64,000 nucleotides of DNA. Source: Mobula birostris (Eukaryota). Positions 1 through 10,830 of this stretch are shown piece by piece. Location of the stretch: positions 31,835,097-31,899,096 of the forward strand of contig NC_092397.1 in assembly GCF_030028105.1 (NCBI RefSeq). Reading direction: 5' to 3'. The notes under the pieces are model-generated. The model saw only the letters and a list, made by a program, of their open reading frames with translations. It was not told the DNA's origin and ran no database searches. How positions within the stretch are numbered: the first letter of the stretch is position 1; each line of letters starts with the position of its first letter. A program made the position numbers and the translations under genes.

Positions 1-235
1 AGACTTTTTTTTACCGTGCCCATGGCCTGCTCTGTATCAAATGACGGTTTTGCTTTGCACTGTTGTAACTATACATGTCTGTTATAATTATGTGGTTTTT
101 TTGGTCAGTTTTAGTCTTGGTCTGTCTTGTGTTTCCGTGATATCATACTGGAGAAACATTGTATCATTTCTTAATGCAGGCATTACTAAATGACAATAAA
201 CGAGGACGGAGTGTCCTCATAATCTAATCCAATCA
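1..235 (+). mobile_element. 3' end of a non-LTR retrotransposon (Rex1/Babar-like tail)
   Basis: AATAAA followed by an (AATCT/AATCC)n-like tail, resembling the tails of the Rex-like fragments elsewhere in the window; no coding motif visible. Confidence 0.35.
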
Positions 236-301
236 AGGATTTTGGGAGATGTTATGAGGAAGCAGATTCAGCGGTTTGCCAAGTGAGACAGAAGACACGG
301 A

Positions 302-730
302 TCAACACACACAAAATGCTGGAGGAACAGGCAGCATCTATGGAAAAGAGAACAGTCGACGTTTCAGGCCGAGATCCTTCAGCAGGACTGGAGCAATAAA
401 AAGATGAGTGGTAGAATTAAAATGTAGGGAAAGGAAAGGATGAAGCCAAGTGAGTGGTGAAACCGGGAGGGGCTGGGCAGAGCAAACAGTTGGGAAGTTG
501 TTTTGCGAAAGAGATACAGGACTGGAAAAGAGGGAGTCTGATAGGAAAGGACAGAAGGCCATGGAAGAAAGCAAACGGAGGAGGAGCACCAGAGGGAGGC
601 GATGGACAGTCAAGGAATTCAAACCCCATCTCCAGGTTCGTGACTCTGAATTGAAATATCGGTGGGAAACCCCAGATGTTGAAATTCCGAGCAACACACA
701 CAAAATGCCGGAGTAACTCAGCAGGCCAGG
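302..730 (-). mobile_element. Penelope-like (PLE) pLTR-derived repeat fragments
   Basis: Matches the recurrent 'acacacaaaatgctggaggaa...gcagcatctatggaaaagag..gtcgacgtttc' repeat that at ~42995-43427 directly follows a PLE-type C-terminal coding remnant. Confidence 0.7.
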
Positions 731-1536
731 GGATAAGCAACTGCCTGCCTGTCTTCACACCGTCCCACGTGGAGAGTTAAAACCCGACCCTTACTGTTTC
801 AGTTACAAAGCTGTGGTGGTGAAATGGAAAACCCGCCCCGCGTGGCAGGGAGGTGCGAAGCATCAGCGATACTCCACATCTCCCCATCTGTCACTCACTG
901 GTCCGGCCGTGATGGTCTGAACATGACAGCAACAGGTAATCCCGGTGGAGGAGTTGCTGCGTTTGAGGTGAGTGTTTGCAGTACATCAACGTCGCGAGTT
1001 CCGCTCACAAGGTGAACTGCGGGTTCAACACTGAAGCAACTCCGACATTCATTCAATCATCAGGACAGGATTAGGAAGTTAATGGCACCTCGGCTGAAAA
1101 CGTCGCTATTTATTAAAAATGAGCCGACCAGTTGGATGAATTGTCCGTCTAGACAATTAAGTAAAGAAAAACATATTTCACGGGTGAAATATCGGGAACG
1201 TGGTGCAAGACGGGATAGAACATAAAAGACACGGAGATAATAACCGGGTGGGCCAGAAAGTGGGGAAGCAAGAAAGAAAGGTGGAGAAAAAGAGAAAGAG
1301 GAAAAACAGGGAATGAACAAAAGAAATGAAGTACGTTTGAGTTTGTATACGAGAAAGAGACGGAATGGACCCAGACATATACTGGCACAGACCCAGGCCA
1401 TGACAAGTACAGACACAGGCATATACAGACAGAGAACCAGACCCAGACATTTACAGACACAGGCATAAACACATACACACATTCCCACAAAACATCGCGC
1501 AACATTCACAGTTCTACAATTCTTAATAATCCCTGT

Positions 1537-1608
1537 AGCAGAGTGGCGCAGCGGAAGCGTGCTGGGCCCATAACCCAGAGGTCGATGGATCGAAATCATC
1601 CTCTGCTA
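1537..1608 (+). tRNA. tRNA-iMet-CAT: initiator tRNA-Met (CAT) with a C61>T change
   Basis: AGCAGAGTGGCGCAGCGGAAGCGTGCTGGGCCCATAACCCAGAGGTCGATGGATCGAAATCATCCTCTGCTA is the vertebrate iMet sequence except GAAACC>GAAATC. Confidence 0.93.
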
Positions 1609-1736
1609 TATTCTCTGTTGGCGGCAGCAGATATTCATCTTCATGTTTTGAAACACCAATGTGTCACATCATACGTCTATAGAGGAAACCGCATTTCAAT
1701 TGAAATGAGTCATTTATTCGTACTTGTTTAATTCTT

Positions 1737-1810
1737 GTCTCTGTGGCGCAATCGGTGAGCGCGCTCCGCTGTTAACCGAAAGGTTGATGGTTCCAGCCCA
1801 CCCAGGGACG
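1737..1810 (+). tRNA. tRNA-Asn-GTT: tRNA-Asn (GTT), probably a pseudogene
   Basis: GTCTCTGTGGCGCAATCGG...CTGTTAACCGAAAGG...CCCAGGGACG; about 5 substitutions against vertebrate Asn-GTT, including anticodon stem and T-loop (TTCCAG); T-run ~15 nt downstream. Confidence 0.88.
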
Positions 1811-1844
1811 CTAGTATTCCGGTAATTTTTTTCTCTCTCTCTTG

Positions 1845-2015
1845 TAAACGAGAAAATGTTCAGCAGTATCTGCGGAATAAAGTACACAGTCGGTGTTTCA
1901 GGCCGAAACCCTTCTTCAAGATCATGAAGCAGCCTGGCCTGCTGAGTTCCTCCAGCATTTTTTGTGTGTTGCTTGGATTTCCAGCATCTGCTGCACATTT
2001 TCTCGTTTGTGATTC
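1845..2015. mobile_element. short PLE-derived fold-back element
   Basis: Two inverted halves of the 'cagcatct...gtttcaggccgaaaccc' / 'gcctggcctgctgagttcctccagcattttgtgtg' repeat. Confidence 0.7.
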
Positions 2016-2044
2016 GACTAGTGCACGACGAAGTCTCTTCCATG

Positions 2045-2715
2045 GAATTGGATTGAATTAAATTGACTTTATTAATTACGTCCTTCACATACATGAGGAG
2101 TAAAAATCTTTACGTTACGTCTCCGTTTAAATGTGCAATGTGCAATTTATAGAATATGTAATAGATATTACTATATTTATTACAGTCAATATGACAGAAA
2201 TACGATTGTATCAGCTTGAATTAATCAGTCTGATGGCCTGGTGGAAAAAGCTCTCCCGGAGCCTGTTGGTCCCGGCTTTTATGCTGCGGTACCGTTTCCC
2301 GGATGGTAACAGCTGGAACAATTTGAGATTCGGGTCACTCGGGTTCTCAACGATCCTTCGGACCACTTTTACAAACCTGTCTCTGTAAATGTCCTGAGTA
2401 GTGGGAGGTTCACTTCTACAGATGCGCTGGGCTGTTCGCACCACTCTCTGCAGAGTCCTGCGATTGAGGGAAGTACAGTTCCCATACCAGGCAGTGATGC
2501 AGCCAGTCACGGTGCTCTGAATTCTGTGCCTGTAGAAAGTCCTTAGGATTTGGGGACCCATACCAAATTTCTTCAACCGTCTGGGGTGAAAGAGGCGCTG
2601 CTGTGCCTTTTTCACCACGCAGCCGGTATTTACAGACCTCGTGAGATCCTCGCTGATGTGAATGCCGAGGAATTTTCACCCTCTCAACCCCAGATCCATT
2701 GATGTCAATAGGGGA
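2045..2715 (-). mobile_element. Rex1/Babar-like LINE 3' fragment
   Basis: ORF 2211-2618: KKAQQRL...CITAWYGN...LQRVVRTA...LLPSGKRYRSI..TNRLRESFF, the typical Rex/Babar ORF C-terminus. Confidence 0.8.
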
Positions 2716-3537
2716 TGTCTACTCGGAAGAAGTTTGAATCTTCCCTTCGACGGGAGTTCAGTGAAACCCTCTCTCTCTGCTCCCTCTCTGTGATCTCAGC
2801 TCTTCTTTTCCTGCTGCGTTTCATTGCCAGCTGGGAAACTCTGCGCTGTCCGGAGGCCGGCTCTCCCTACTGCTGCCGCAACGGGCTCAGTGAGAATTGA
2901 ATGTGTTCTACGTGTTTCAGTCACATACTGTACCGAAATACAGTTAAGCGCTTCTCATTCTCACTGTTCAGAGAGATCAAACGATTACACACTGTATTGG
3001 GAGAGAACAAGGTGAAGCAATAACAAAATGCAGAATGAAGTGTAACAGGGACAGAGAAAGGACGGCGCAGGTAAATAATAAGGTGCAGCTTCGTACCGTG
3101 GTGGATTGTGAGGTCAAACGTCCATCCTATCTTACGGGAAACCATTCAATAGACACAACAGTGGGACTGAAACTATCCCTGAGACTGTGACGCGTGCTTT
3201 CAGGCTTTTGTACTTTCTGCCGGATGAAAGAGGGAACGAGAGAATATCTGGAGCAGGTCATGTCTTTGGTTAGGAAAATGTATGTTCGATTTGACCAGAA
3301 AGTGTGTGTTTCCTCGAGCGGAGTCCGTGGAACTAACGGACTCCCGGGTCTAGTGCTGTGTTTTTCATTCAGTTTGGGGTCCTTGAACATCCTACATGAG
3401 GGACCACCACCATCGTACATGAGGAATCCATCTGATCCATTAGAGTGAATTTCACTCAGAACAAATTGCTCAGGAATTAGAGTTCTGCGTTCATGGTGCT
3501 CGGCGAGGGTTTTTTTTTAGACTGAAAGTGTACAACC

Positions 3538-3607
3538 TGCAATGGCCGGGAATGGAAACCGTGTCAACTGCTTGGGAAGCAGCTATGCCACCATCTCCCC
3601 ATGATGC
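3538..3607 (-). pseudogene. tRNA-Gly pseudogene (anticodon reads CCC)
   Basis: Reverse complement GCATCATGGGGAGATGGTGGCATAGCTGCTTCCCAAGCAGTTGACACGGTTTCCATTCCCGGCCATTGCA aligns to vertebrate tRNA-Gly; D-arm and T-loop are decayed. Confidence 0.75.
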
Positions 3608-4105
3608 AAACCAGATTCGGTTACTGAATGGTCTCTGGTGCTATAAGATTCTGTAACTCGATTCTCAGTGTCTGAGCTGTTTTCTGAAGGATCGTTCCTC
3701 ACTCTGTTGCAGTTCCTTTTCCCACCAGTGGGTGTCGCGACGTTCCGACAGACCGGAGAAACACAGCACCTGCGATCCGACTGAAGGGAGAATCGACCCG
3801 AGACATTCGAAGGGCTACAAATGGTTTCCTGCTTCACGTACCAGTAAATGGGAAACAAATCCTGATTATAAATATCCGTTCAAACAACACGCAGTTAGAC
3901 GTTAATGGGATCCCCTCCTTTGTCCAGTCCTTGAACACAGTAAGTGACTGAATCGCTGAAGAATTCTGAGACACGTCCAGTCACACGGTGAGGAGAGGAT
4001 GGGTAAAATGCGCCAGCTCTACACTCAGCAAACAAACATCAGAGTGACTCTATGAGTTCTCCTACACACTGACATCCGTGTGACAGATTCCCCACTCTTG
4101 TTTAT

Positions 4106-4177
4106 TCCTCGTTAGTTCAGTGGTTAGTATCCCCGCCTGTCACGCGGCAGACCGAGGTTCATTTCGCCGACGAGGAG
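4106..4177 (+). pseudogene. tRNA-Asp (GTC) pseudogene
   Basis: TCCTCGTTAGT..AGTGGTTAGTATCCCCGCCTGTCACGCGG.AGACCG.GGTTC...CGACG.GGAG; B-box altered (GTTCATTTC). Confidence 0.88.
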
Positions 4178-5023
4178 ACCGTTCTCCTGCTTCAAATGAA
4201 GACGGGATTATAATATGGGACAATCTAGTGTGCAAATAGCCCAAAACTGGAGAGTTTCCCGAGAACAAGGGACGTTCAACATTTTATTTTCACTTTTCCC
4301 TCACGACGTCTGTATCTCAAGGCCGTTTGACGTTACACTCAATGACCGAATCCGTCACTCCGAAACATTATACAGAGACTGCTGCCGTGAGATATGAACT
4401 CCCGCACTTTCCCAGCACTCGTGCCGACTCTCTCAGTTTGTCTGGTTGACTGTGTGGAGAAGACAGGCAAAGGAACAGCTGAAACACTTTGGAGAGAACG
4501 ATGCCATGGAATGTGTAACGCCGGGTTTAAAGCCACCCCGTCCCTCCCGCAACACTGGACCCTCTGAACAGACGCTCAGAAAATAAACTTGGGGGGGAAG
4601 GTACGATTGAGTTTTGTGACGTCATTACAACACGTGAGCATTCGGTTCGTAGCTCCGCCCCTAGACCTGATTGACAGCAAAGTACCTGAAAACGGTACGA
4701 GTTGCTGATTGGCTCAGGAGCGGTAGCGGTTGGTGGCGCTGGCTGTGAATGTGCGGGGATGATGGGAAACAAAGTAAGTTCAGGTCGGGATGGGGGGGCG
4801 AAGAGTGTCTGGAAAAGGAACCGGACATATAGGGTTCGGGTGAGTGCGGTAAGAGGTTGGAATGAAGTTGATCTAGATCTGCAAAACAGAAAAAGGAACA
4901 CAATATTGGAATGATTTCAAGAGATTTGAGAGGATACTAAAAAAAAGAAAGAAGCTTTCAAGGTATTGTTTAAATTTTACCCGGAACAGCTTTCTTTTAT
5001 CAATGCCATTAAATTAACTGCAG

Positions 5024-5172
5024 CAATACACAAAATGCTGGAGGAATTCAACAGCATCTATGGAAAAGAGTTCAGTCGACATTTCGGGCCGAGGCCATTC
5101 ATCAGTCCTGAGTTCCTCCGGCATTTCATGTGTGTAGCTTGGATTTCCAGCATCTGCATGTTTTCTCCTTTG
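5024..5172. mobile_element. short PLE-derived insertion in the LINE ORF1
   Basis: Flanked by direct repeat aaattaactg (5011-5020 / 5173-5182). Confidence 0.75.
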
Positions 5173-5412
5173 AAATTAACTGAAGTGTTGAAAACTACTT
5201 TAGGGAATATAGATTGTGCTCAAACCTTAAGGGGAGGTGATGTGCTAATCGTTAAGATAAGAAACGTGAGAAGGCATTATATTTGAAGACTTTAATTGGT
5301 TAAAAAAATGGTATCTGTGTTGCCTAATGAAAATACCACAAATCAGGGGTGTTAGGACAGGTGTTCTGGTGGAGATTTCGATGAAGAGATTAAGAATGTA
5401 AACAGATTACAA

Positions 5413-5634
5413 ATGCAAACGCGAGGATATCTGCAGATGCTGGAAATTCAAGCAACACACACACAAAAGTTCTGGTGAACGCAGCAGGTCAGGCAGCATC
5501 TGTAGAAAGAGTTCCAGTCGACGTTTCAGACCGAGACCCTTCGTCAGGACTCGGGCCGAAACGTCGACTGTACCTCTTCCTGTAGATGCTGCCTGGCCTG
5601 CTGTGTTCACCAGCAGTTTTTGTGTGTGTTGCAG
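5413..5634. mobile_element. PLE-derived fold-back (inverted pLTR) insertion
   Basis: Inverted arms (~5450-5535 vs ~5551-5632); TSD agattacaa (5404-5412 / 5635-5643). Confidence 0.8.
5516..5551 (-). ncRNA. minimal type-I hammerhead ribozyme motif (PLE-type)
   Basis: Minus strand reads AGTC-CTGACGA-AGGGTCTCGGTCT-GAAA-CG-TC-GACT: stem I AGTC/GACT, CUGANGA and GAAA core, palindromic ACGU stem III, GUC cleavage triplet. Confidence 0.72.
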
Positions 5635-5919
5635 AGATTACAAGTAGTTTGAAATAGAGAAAACATGGACAGTTTAACTGCATTGATATATTTTGATGAG
5701 GTGAAGCTTTCTAGTAAAGTTAGTCTGGGGTATGTTAGTTATAATGCACGAGCGCATATTCCACCTCCGCTTAGATGTCACAATGCCAGAGATTTGGGCA
5801 TCTTGTGGCAGTATCTCCTGGAAAACTAAGGTGTAGTTAGTGTTGTGGAAAACTAAGTATGAAGATTGTGAAGGTGTAAAGTTTAACTGGTGTAATTGTA
5901 GAGGAGAACATAGTGCAGT

Positions 5920-6705
5920 CTAGTCATAGTCATAGTCATACTTTATTGATCCTGGGGGAAATTGGTTTTTGTTACAGTTGCACCATAAATAATAGTAATA
6001 GAACCATAAGTAGTTTAATAGTAATATGTAAATTATGCCAGTAAATTATGAAATAAGTCCAGGACCAGCCTATTGGCTCAGGGTGTCTGACCCTCCACGG
6101 GAGGAGTTGTAAAGTTTGATGGCCACAGGCAGGAATGACTTCCTATGACGCTCAGTGTTGCATCTCGGTGGAATTATTCTCTGGCTGAATGTACTCCTGT
6201 GCCCACCCAGTACATTATGTAGTGGATGGGAGACATTGTCCAAGATGGCATGCAACTTAGACAGCATCCTCCTTTCAGACACCACTGTGAGAGAGTCCAG
6301 TTCCATCCCCACAACATCACTGGTGTTACAAATGAGTTTGTTGATTCTGTTGGTGTCTGCTACCCTCAGCCTGCTGCCCCAGCACACAACAGCAAACATG
6401 ATAGCACTGGCCACCACAGACTCGTAGAACATCCTCAGCATCATCTGGCAGATGTTAAAGGATCTCAGTCTCCTCAGGAAATAGAGATGGCTCTGTCCCT
6501 TCTTGTAGACAGCCTCAGTGTTCTTTGACCAGTCCAGTTTATTGTCAATTTGTATCCCCAGGTATTTGTAATCCTCCACCATGTCCACACTGACCCCCTG
6601 GATGGAAACAGGGGTCACCGGTAGCTTAGCGCTCCTCAGGTCTACCACCAGCTCTTTTGTCTTTTTCACATTAAGCTGCAGATAATTCAGCTCACACCAT
6701 GTTAC
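5920..6705 (-). mobile_element. Rex1/Babar-like LINE 3' fragment nested in the Nimb-like element
   Basis: ORF 6070-6669: KTKELVVD...YKYLG...LYFLRRLRSF...RKSFLPVAIKLYN; (TAGTCA)n tail at ~5920-5940. Confidence 0.82.
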
Positions 6706-8167
6706 AAGGATGTGAAGTACAGTACTTAAGAAAGCAGCTGGTTGAACAGGTTAAAGTACAGTTAGGTGTGTCTTAAACAGAGGCTTTGCAACACAGTTAA
6801 ACCAAATGTTGATCAAGTATAACCAGTCAGACAGAATATGAAGTCAGCGGCTGTGTGTCACATCACAGGTCCATTAATAAAGATACTTTACTAGTCAATA
6901 AAATGAAGTTTGTGATGTTTATAAAGGATGTCGTGAATTGTACTGTTCAGTCATCTGGACATACTGAGAAAATTAAAATGATTGTGAAAGCTGCGGAAAA
7001 GTATCGAGGTATAACTGGTGTTTCATGGGAAACTGTAAAAGAAGCTCTGATGGGTGGGGTATCTGTAGTTCAGTCTCTTTGTGCAGGTACAGAATGGGAT
7101 TAAGAATATTGCAGTGGAATGAGAGAAATGCGATGGTCAAGACATTAGGAAGTTTATTTCTGATTCATCAAATCGGCCCAATATGAAACCAGGCTGTTAC
7201 CGCATTTCCTTTAGAGGAAATTATATTGCAGTATGGCATGATAGGTTAGGTGATAGAGGGGGTGGTGTTGCATGTTTAAAATGGGAAGGGATAGGACACA
7301 GAGTTGTGGATGTGAATGAAGTGTATGAGGTGTTTGTAGCAGAAGCATTTGATTCAACAGGTAGGGGTACTAAAGTGGTAAAACTCTTGTGGAGTGCTTT
7401 TGATTGATTTGTTGGAAAGCATATGTCACTCTAGATCACTAAGGGTTGTATGGTGCGGGGATTTTTGTGCACAGTTCACTGTGGGGTCATTCATGGTACT
7501 GTTTGATTGTAGAAGAATGTTTAGGTATTTTCAATCTTGTGTGATTTAATGATGGGAGGGGTATGAAATGTAATGTTTCTAATCGTCTGAAAACTGCTGT
7601 AAATTTAACTCCTGTTTCAAACATTCTGGCTGGAGTGACTGAATGAGATGTTATGAGTGAGGAGACAATGGGGAGTGATTATTTTCCTATATTTATAAGC
7701 TTAGGTTTGGAGTTATATAGGGTGCAGGAGACTGTTTTTAGGAGGTGGAATTTTGATGAAGCAAACTGGGAGAATGTTGAGGCTGATATGGGTTTCTGCA
7801 ATGAATGGTTATGTCACATTATTCATCAAACTGCGGTGGAAGTGATGCCTGTTAAAAATGACATTAATAGGAGGAAGACTGCACCTTGGTGGATGGGGGA
7901 GTGTGCAGAGCGAATTAGGGAGAGAAATAAGGTGTTTGGGAGAGCTGAGAATTATCACTCTCTGAGTGACCTTATTAAGTATGAAAGGGTACAAGCTGTG
8001 GTGAGGAAAGTGGTGAAGGTTGTGAAAGAGGTTTACTGGAGGTCATCTTGTGATAGTATTGGACAGGATACTAAACTTGGAGGTGTTTGGGGAATGATTC
8101 AGAAAATCGGGGTGTGGGGTTCATCGGGTTAATAACATTCCAGTATTGATTAAAGAAGGTAATTGTT

Positions 8168-9181
8168 AGAACATAGAACAGGCAGCACAGTACGGGCCCT
8201 TCGGCCCACAATGTTGTGCCGACCTTCAAACCCTGCCTCCCATATAAGCTCCCACCTTAAATTCCTCCATATACCTGTCTAGTAGTCTCTTAAACCTCAC
8301 TAGTGTATCTGCCTCCACCACTGACTCAGGCAGTGCATTCCACGCACCAACCACTCTGAATAAAATACCTTCCTCTAATATCCCCCTTGAACTTCCCACC
8401 GCTCACCTTAAAGCCATGTCCTCTTGTATTGAGCAGTGGTGCCCTGGGGAAGTGGCGCTGGCTATCCACTCAATCTATTACTCTTATTATCTTGTACACC
8501 TCCATCATGTCTCCTGTCATCCTCCTTCTCTCCAAAGAGTAAAGCCCTAGCTCCCTTAATCTCTGATCATAATGCATACTCTCTAAACCAGGCAACATCC
8601 TGGTAAATCTCCTCTGTACCCTTTCCAATGCTTCCGCATCCTTCCTATAGTGAGGCAACCAGAACTGGACACAGTACTCCAAGTGTGGCCTAACCAGTGT
8701 TATATAGAGCTGCATCATTACATCGTGACTCTTAAACTCTATCCCTCGACTTATGAAAGCTAACACCCCATATGCTTTCTTAACTACCCTATCCACCTGT
8801 GAGGCAACTTTCAGGGAATCTGTGGACATGTACCCCCAGATCCCTCTGCTCCTCCATGCTACGAAGCATCCTGGCATTTACTTTGTACTCTGCCTTGGAG
8901 TTTGTCCTTCCCAAGTGTACCACCTCCCACTTCTCAGGCTTGAACTCCATCTGCCACTTCTCAGCCCACTTTTGCATCCTACCAATGTCTCTCTGCAATC
9001 TTTGACAATCCTCTACACTATCTACTACACCACCAACATTTGTGTCATCTGCAAACTTGCCAACCCACCCTTCTACCCCCACATCCAGGTCGTCAATGAA
9101 AATCAGGAAAAGCAGAGGTCCCAGAACAGATCCTTGTGGGACACCACTAGTCACGATCCTCCAATCTGAATGTACTCCCTC
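8168..9181 (-). mobile_element. CR1-clade LINE 3' fragment nested in the Nimb ORF2
   Basis: GVPQGSVLGPLLF, KFADDT, LVRPHLEYCVQFW, ERVQRRFTRM; catagaa-type tail; the uninterrupted site is seen in the second Nimb copy (~46690-46730). Confidence 0.88.
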
Positions 9182-10487
9182 TACTGAAATAGAGAAGGTT
9201 GAGTTACTGGCTTGGTTATTTGCTGCAAGTCACAATCAAGATAATTTAAGTGAAGAGCCTAAATGATGTCGAGATGAGGTTTTAAGTGAATACACTGATG
9301 TGTTGAAAGCCAGCTGTAACAATGATAGTATTAGTTACGTAGAGTTTATTTGTGTGAATGTAAGAAAGCTATTAACAGTGCAAGTCAGATGGCTGTAGGA
9401 AAGGATGATATATGTTATTGTATGTTTAAACATATAGCTTACAACTCTTGAGATAATATTAACAATTTGGAATCATATTTGGAGTTTAGACCATATTTCC
9501 TCCTTATAGAAAATGGTAGTACCTGTTCCGAAACCTGGAAATCCCCACAGGATCCTTCTAATTATAGACCAATATCATTAACATCCCATCTCATTTCGGT
9601 AAACTTACAGAACGTATGGTAATAGAGTTGTTGAATTATATTTTGGAAAAGAGAGGTGATGGAGCATTTTATCAGCGTGGATTTTGGAACTGTAGAATGA
9701 CATTGGATTCAGTTTTATGTTTGGAAGATGATATTGGGAAAGCACTTGTAAATAAAGAAGTTGTAATTGCAGTATTTTTGTACTGAAAAAATATATCGTA
9801 TGTTATGAAAGGATTAAATTATAGAAATGTGGAGTGAGAAGAAGGCTACATTATTTTTTTCTGAGTTTTTTATTTGTATACTCCAGGCAGTTAAGGATAC
9901 GTAAGGTATATTTGGGATTCTATATGCTGGAGAATGGGACCCCATAAGACAGTATTTGTAGCCCTTTATTGTTTAATATTATGATTAGTGATATTTTTTT
10001 CTGAGATAGGTACTGGGGTGGGGAAATGACTTTTTGCAGATGATGCAGATTTATGGATCAGAGGTAGAAAATTCAATTGAATTCTATATAGAATGTGATT
10101 AGTGATTAATAAAGTCAAACAGTGGGAATATAGATGGGGTTTTAAGCTTTCAGTAGCTAAAATACATTTTGTGTTTTACTAAGATGATCAATAGACCTCT
10201 TTATTGATCCATATCATCCTCAATAGCAATTGATCTGAAATTATATGTTCAAACTCTTGAATAAGTGTCAGTGGTAAGATTTTATGGCATGTGGCTGGAT
10301 TATAAGCCGATGTGGAAGCACCATATAGGTAAAATAATTGATAAATGTAAAGTAGCACCGAATATTCTTGGGTGTTTGTGTACATATTGTTGGGGCACTA
10401 CTGGCCCATCACTGTGACTCTGTAAATAATTGATAAGTGTAAAGGAGCACTGAATATCCCTGGGTGTCTGTGTGGGTATTCTTGGGG

Positions 10488-10830
10488 AGCTATCGGCCCA
10501 TCACCGTGACTCTGACAGGGAACCAATGCTACTAGAAATCCACCAAGCTGCTCATCTGCAAACTTCCCTTCCAGCATCTGGTGCAGAAGATCAGGCAGGA
10601 CTTCAAAACCGATCTATGCTTCCAGAGCTCGACCATCAAAGGCCTGGAGGAGAATAACGAGGCTTACCTGGTCGGGCTCTTTGCACCATCCACACCAAGC
10701 GAGTCACCCTTGTGCCCAAAGAAATTCAGTTGGCTCGCCGCATCCGCCGGAAGCGAGCTTCAGCCTGGCCTCGGCAGCAAGCACAACAAAAGGCTCTTTT
10801 AAAAGCCACTAACCTGGAAGAGGAAAGGGT
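10488..10830 (+). pseudogene. histone H3 pseudogene (from about codon 40 to the 3' processing signals)
   Basis: Decayed match to [49 protein letters not shown]; internal deletion and lost stop; stem-loop GGCTCTTTTAAAAGCC at 10792-10807 plus HDE-like GGAAAGGGTTGT. Confidence 0.93.

Larger units (their letters stand above)
4620..10400 (+). mobile_element. decayed I/Nimb-clade LINE (gag-like ORF1 plus APE-RT ORF2), 3'-truncated, with four nested insertions
   Basis: ORF1 zinc knuckles (HIPPPLRC..CQRFGH ~5755; CNCRGEH ~5890); ORF2 LRILQWN ~7100, GSDYFPI ~7670, NYRPISLTS ~9560, ENGTP/SPLLFNIMI ~9930-9985, FADD ~10035, WGFK ~10135, KC..LNIL.CL...WG ~10345-10395; many stops and frameshifts. Confidence 0.78.

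Noticed and set aside
973-1040. Possible highly decayed tRNA-Val(CAC) (CTCACAA...GGGTTCAA)
   Set aside because: No convincing acceptor, D or anticodon stems by eye
1060-1599. 179-aa and overlapping Cys/Val-rich minus-strand ORFs
   Set aside because: Products of low-complexity purine-rich and (CA)-rich sequence
3720-3740. CTCF-like motif CCACCAGTGGGTGTC near the tRNA relics
   Set aside because: Partial match only; cannot be supported without PWM scoring or ChIP data
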